The notes under the pieces are model-generated. The model was given only the letters and a program-made list of their open reading frames with translations. It did no database searches and was not told the origin of the DNA. A DNA stretch of 62,114 nt, the filler included, from Diploschistes diacapsis (Eukaryota), in assembly GCA_023645945.1 (NCBI GenBank). It is 11 parts of 11 records of this genome, joined end to end, with 100 filler letters (N's around TTAATTAATTAA, not from the genome) between each part and the next. Parts side by side here need not be neighbours in the genome. Positions count along the whole stretch, not along the records: positions 56,583 to 62,114 come from JALAIB010001531.1; 10 more parts are not named here. One strand, written 5' to 3'. Positions within the stretch are counted from its first letter, which is position 1. Each line of letters opens with the position of its first letter. Below, in pieces: positions 62,004 to 62,114 of the stretch. The translations under genes were made by a program, and so were the position numbers.

Positions 62004-62114
62004 ACGCCGAATGAATGCGGGAACTAGGGATGGGGTTTGGGTGTTTGGGAAAGTATATAGTGATGCTCTACGCTGACTGACGTGCATATGGAAGGGACGT
62101 GTACTACCTACGGG

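Noticed and set aside
61422..62087. 221-aa minus-strand ORF
   Set aside because: Antisense shadow of the permease last exon.

Overview
Eukaryotic DNA from a filamentous ascomycete (Pezizomycotina; short GT-AG introns with CTRAY branch sites, RIP-like AT-rich repeats). The window is not one locus. It is 11 contigs joined by an artificial 100-nt spacer (N44-TTAATTAATTAA-N44) and sorted by decreasing length (5575 to 5532 bp), so neighbourhood across spacers has no biological meaning. Recognisable genes: mitochondrial mL41, UTP14, Stn1-like OB-fold protein, aldo-keto reductase, con-10, a secreted SLT/lysozyme-like protein, POP5 (partial), acidic ribosomal P-protein (partial), PQ-loop transporter, Mid2-like wall sensor, TRM44, RGS-domain membrane protein, frameshifted GMC oxidoreductase, F-box/beta-propeller protein, HGT1-like sugar transporter, SDR (partial), a Cys-rich F-box gene with a tandem pseudogene copy, ETF-beta, PTH11-like receptor and an amino-acid/choline permease. 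Features absent from the ORF track: con-10, a decayed con-6 beside it, a 437-bp solo LTR with CATCA target-site duplication nested in a Tc1/impala-like end, a second mutated copy of that LTR, four ends of a hAT-like transposon with ACACGG subterminal repeats, a degenerate tRNA/SINE-like head and an 8-bp CTGTCA minisatellite. I found no convincing new multi-gene biological system; the best leads are the mobile-element families, the F-box birth-and-death pair and the con-10/con-6/muramidase-like contig. All family calls come from motif recognition, not database searches.
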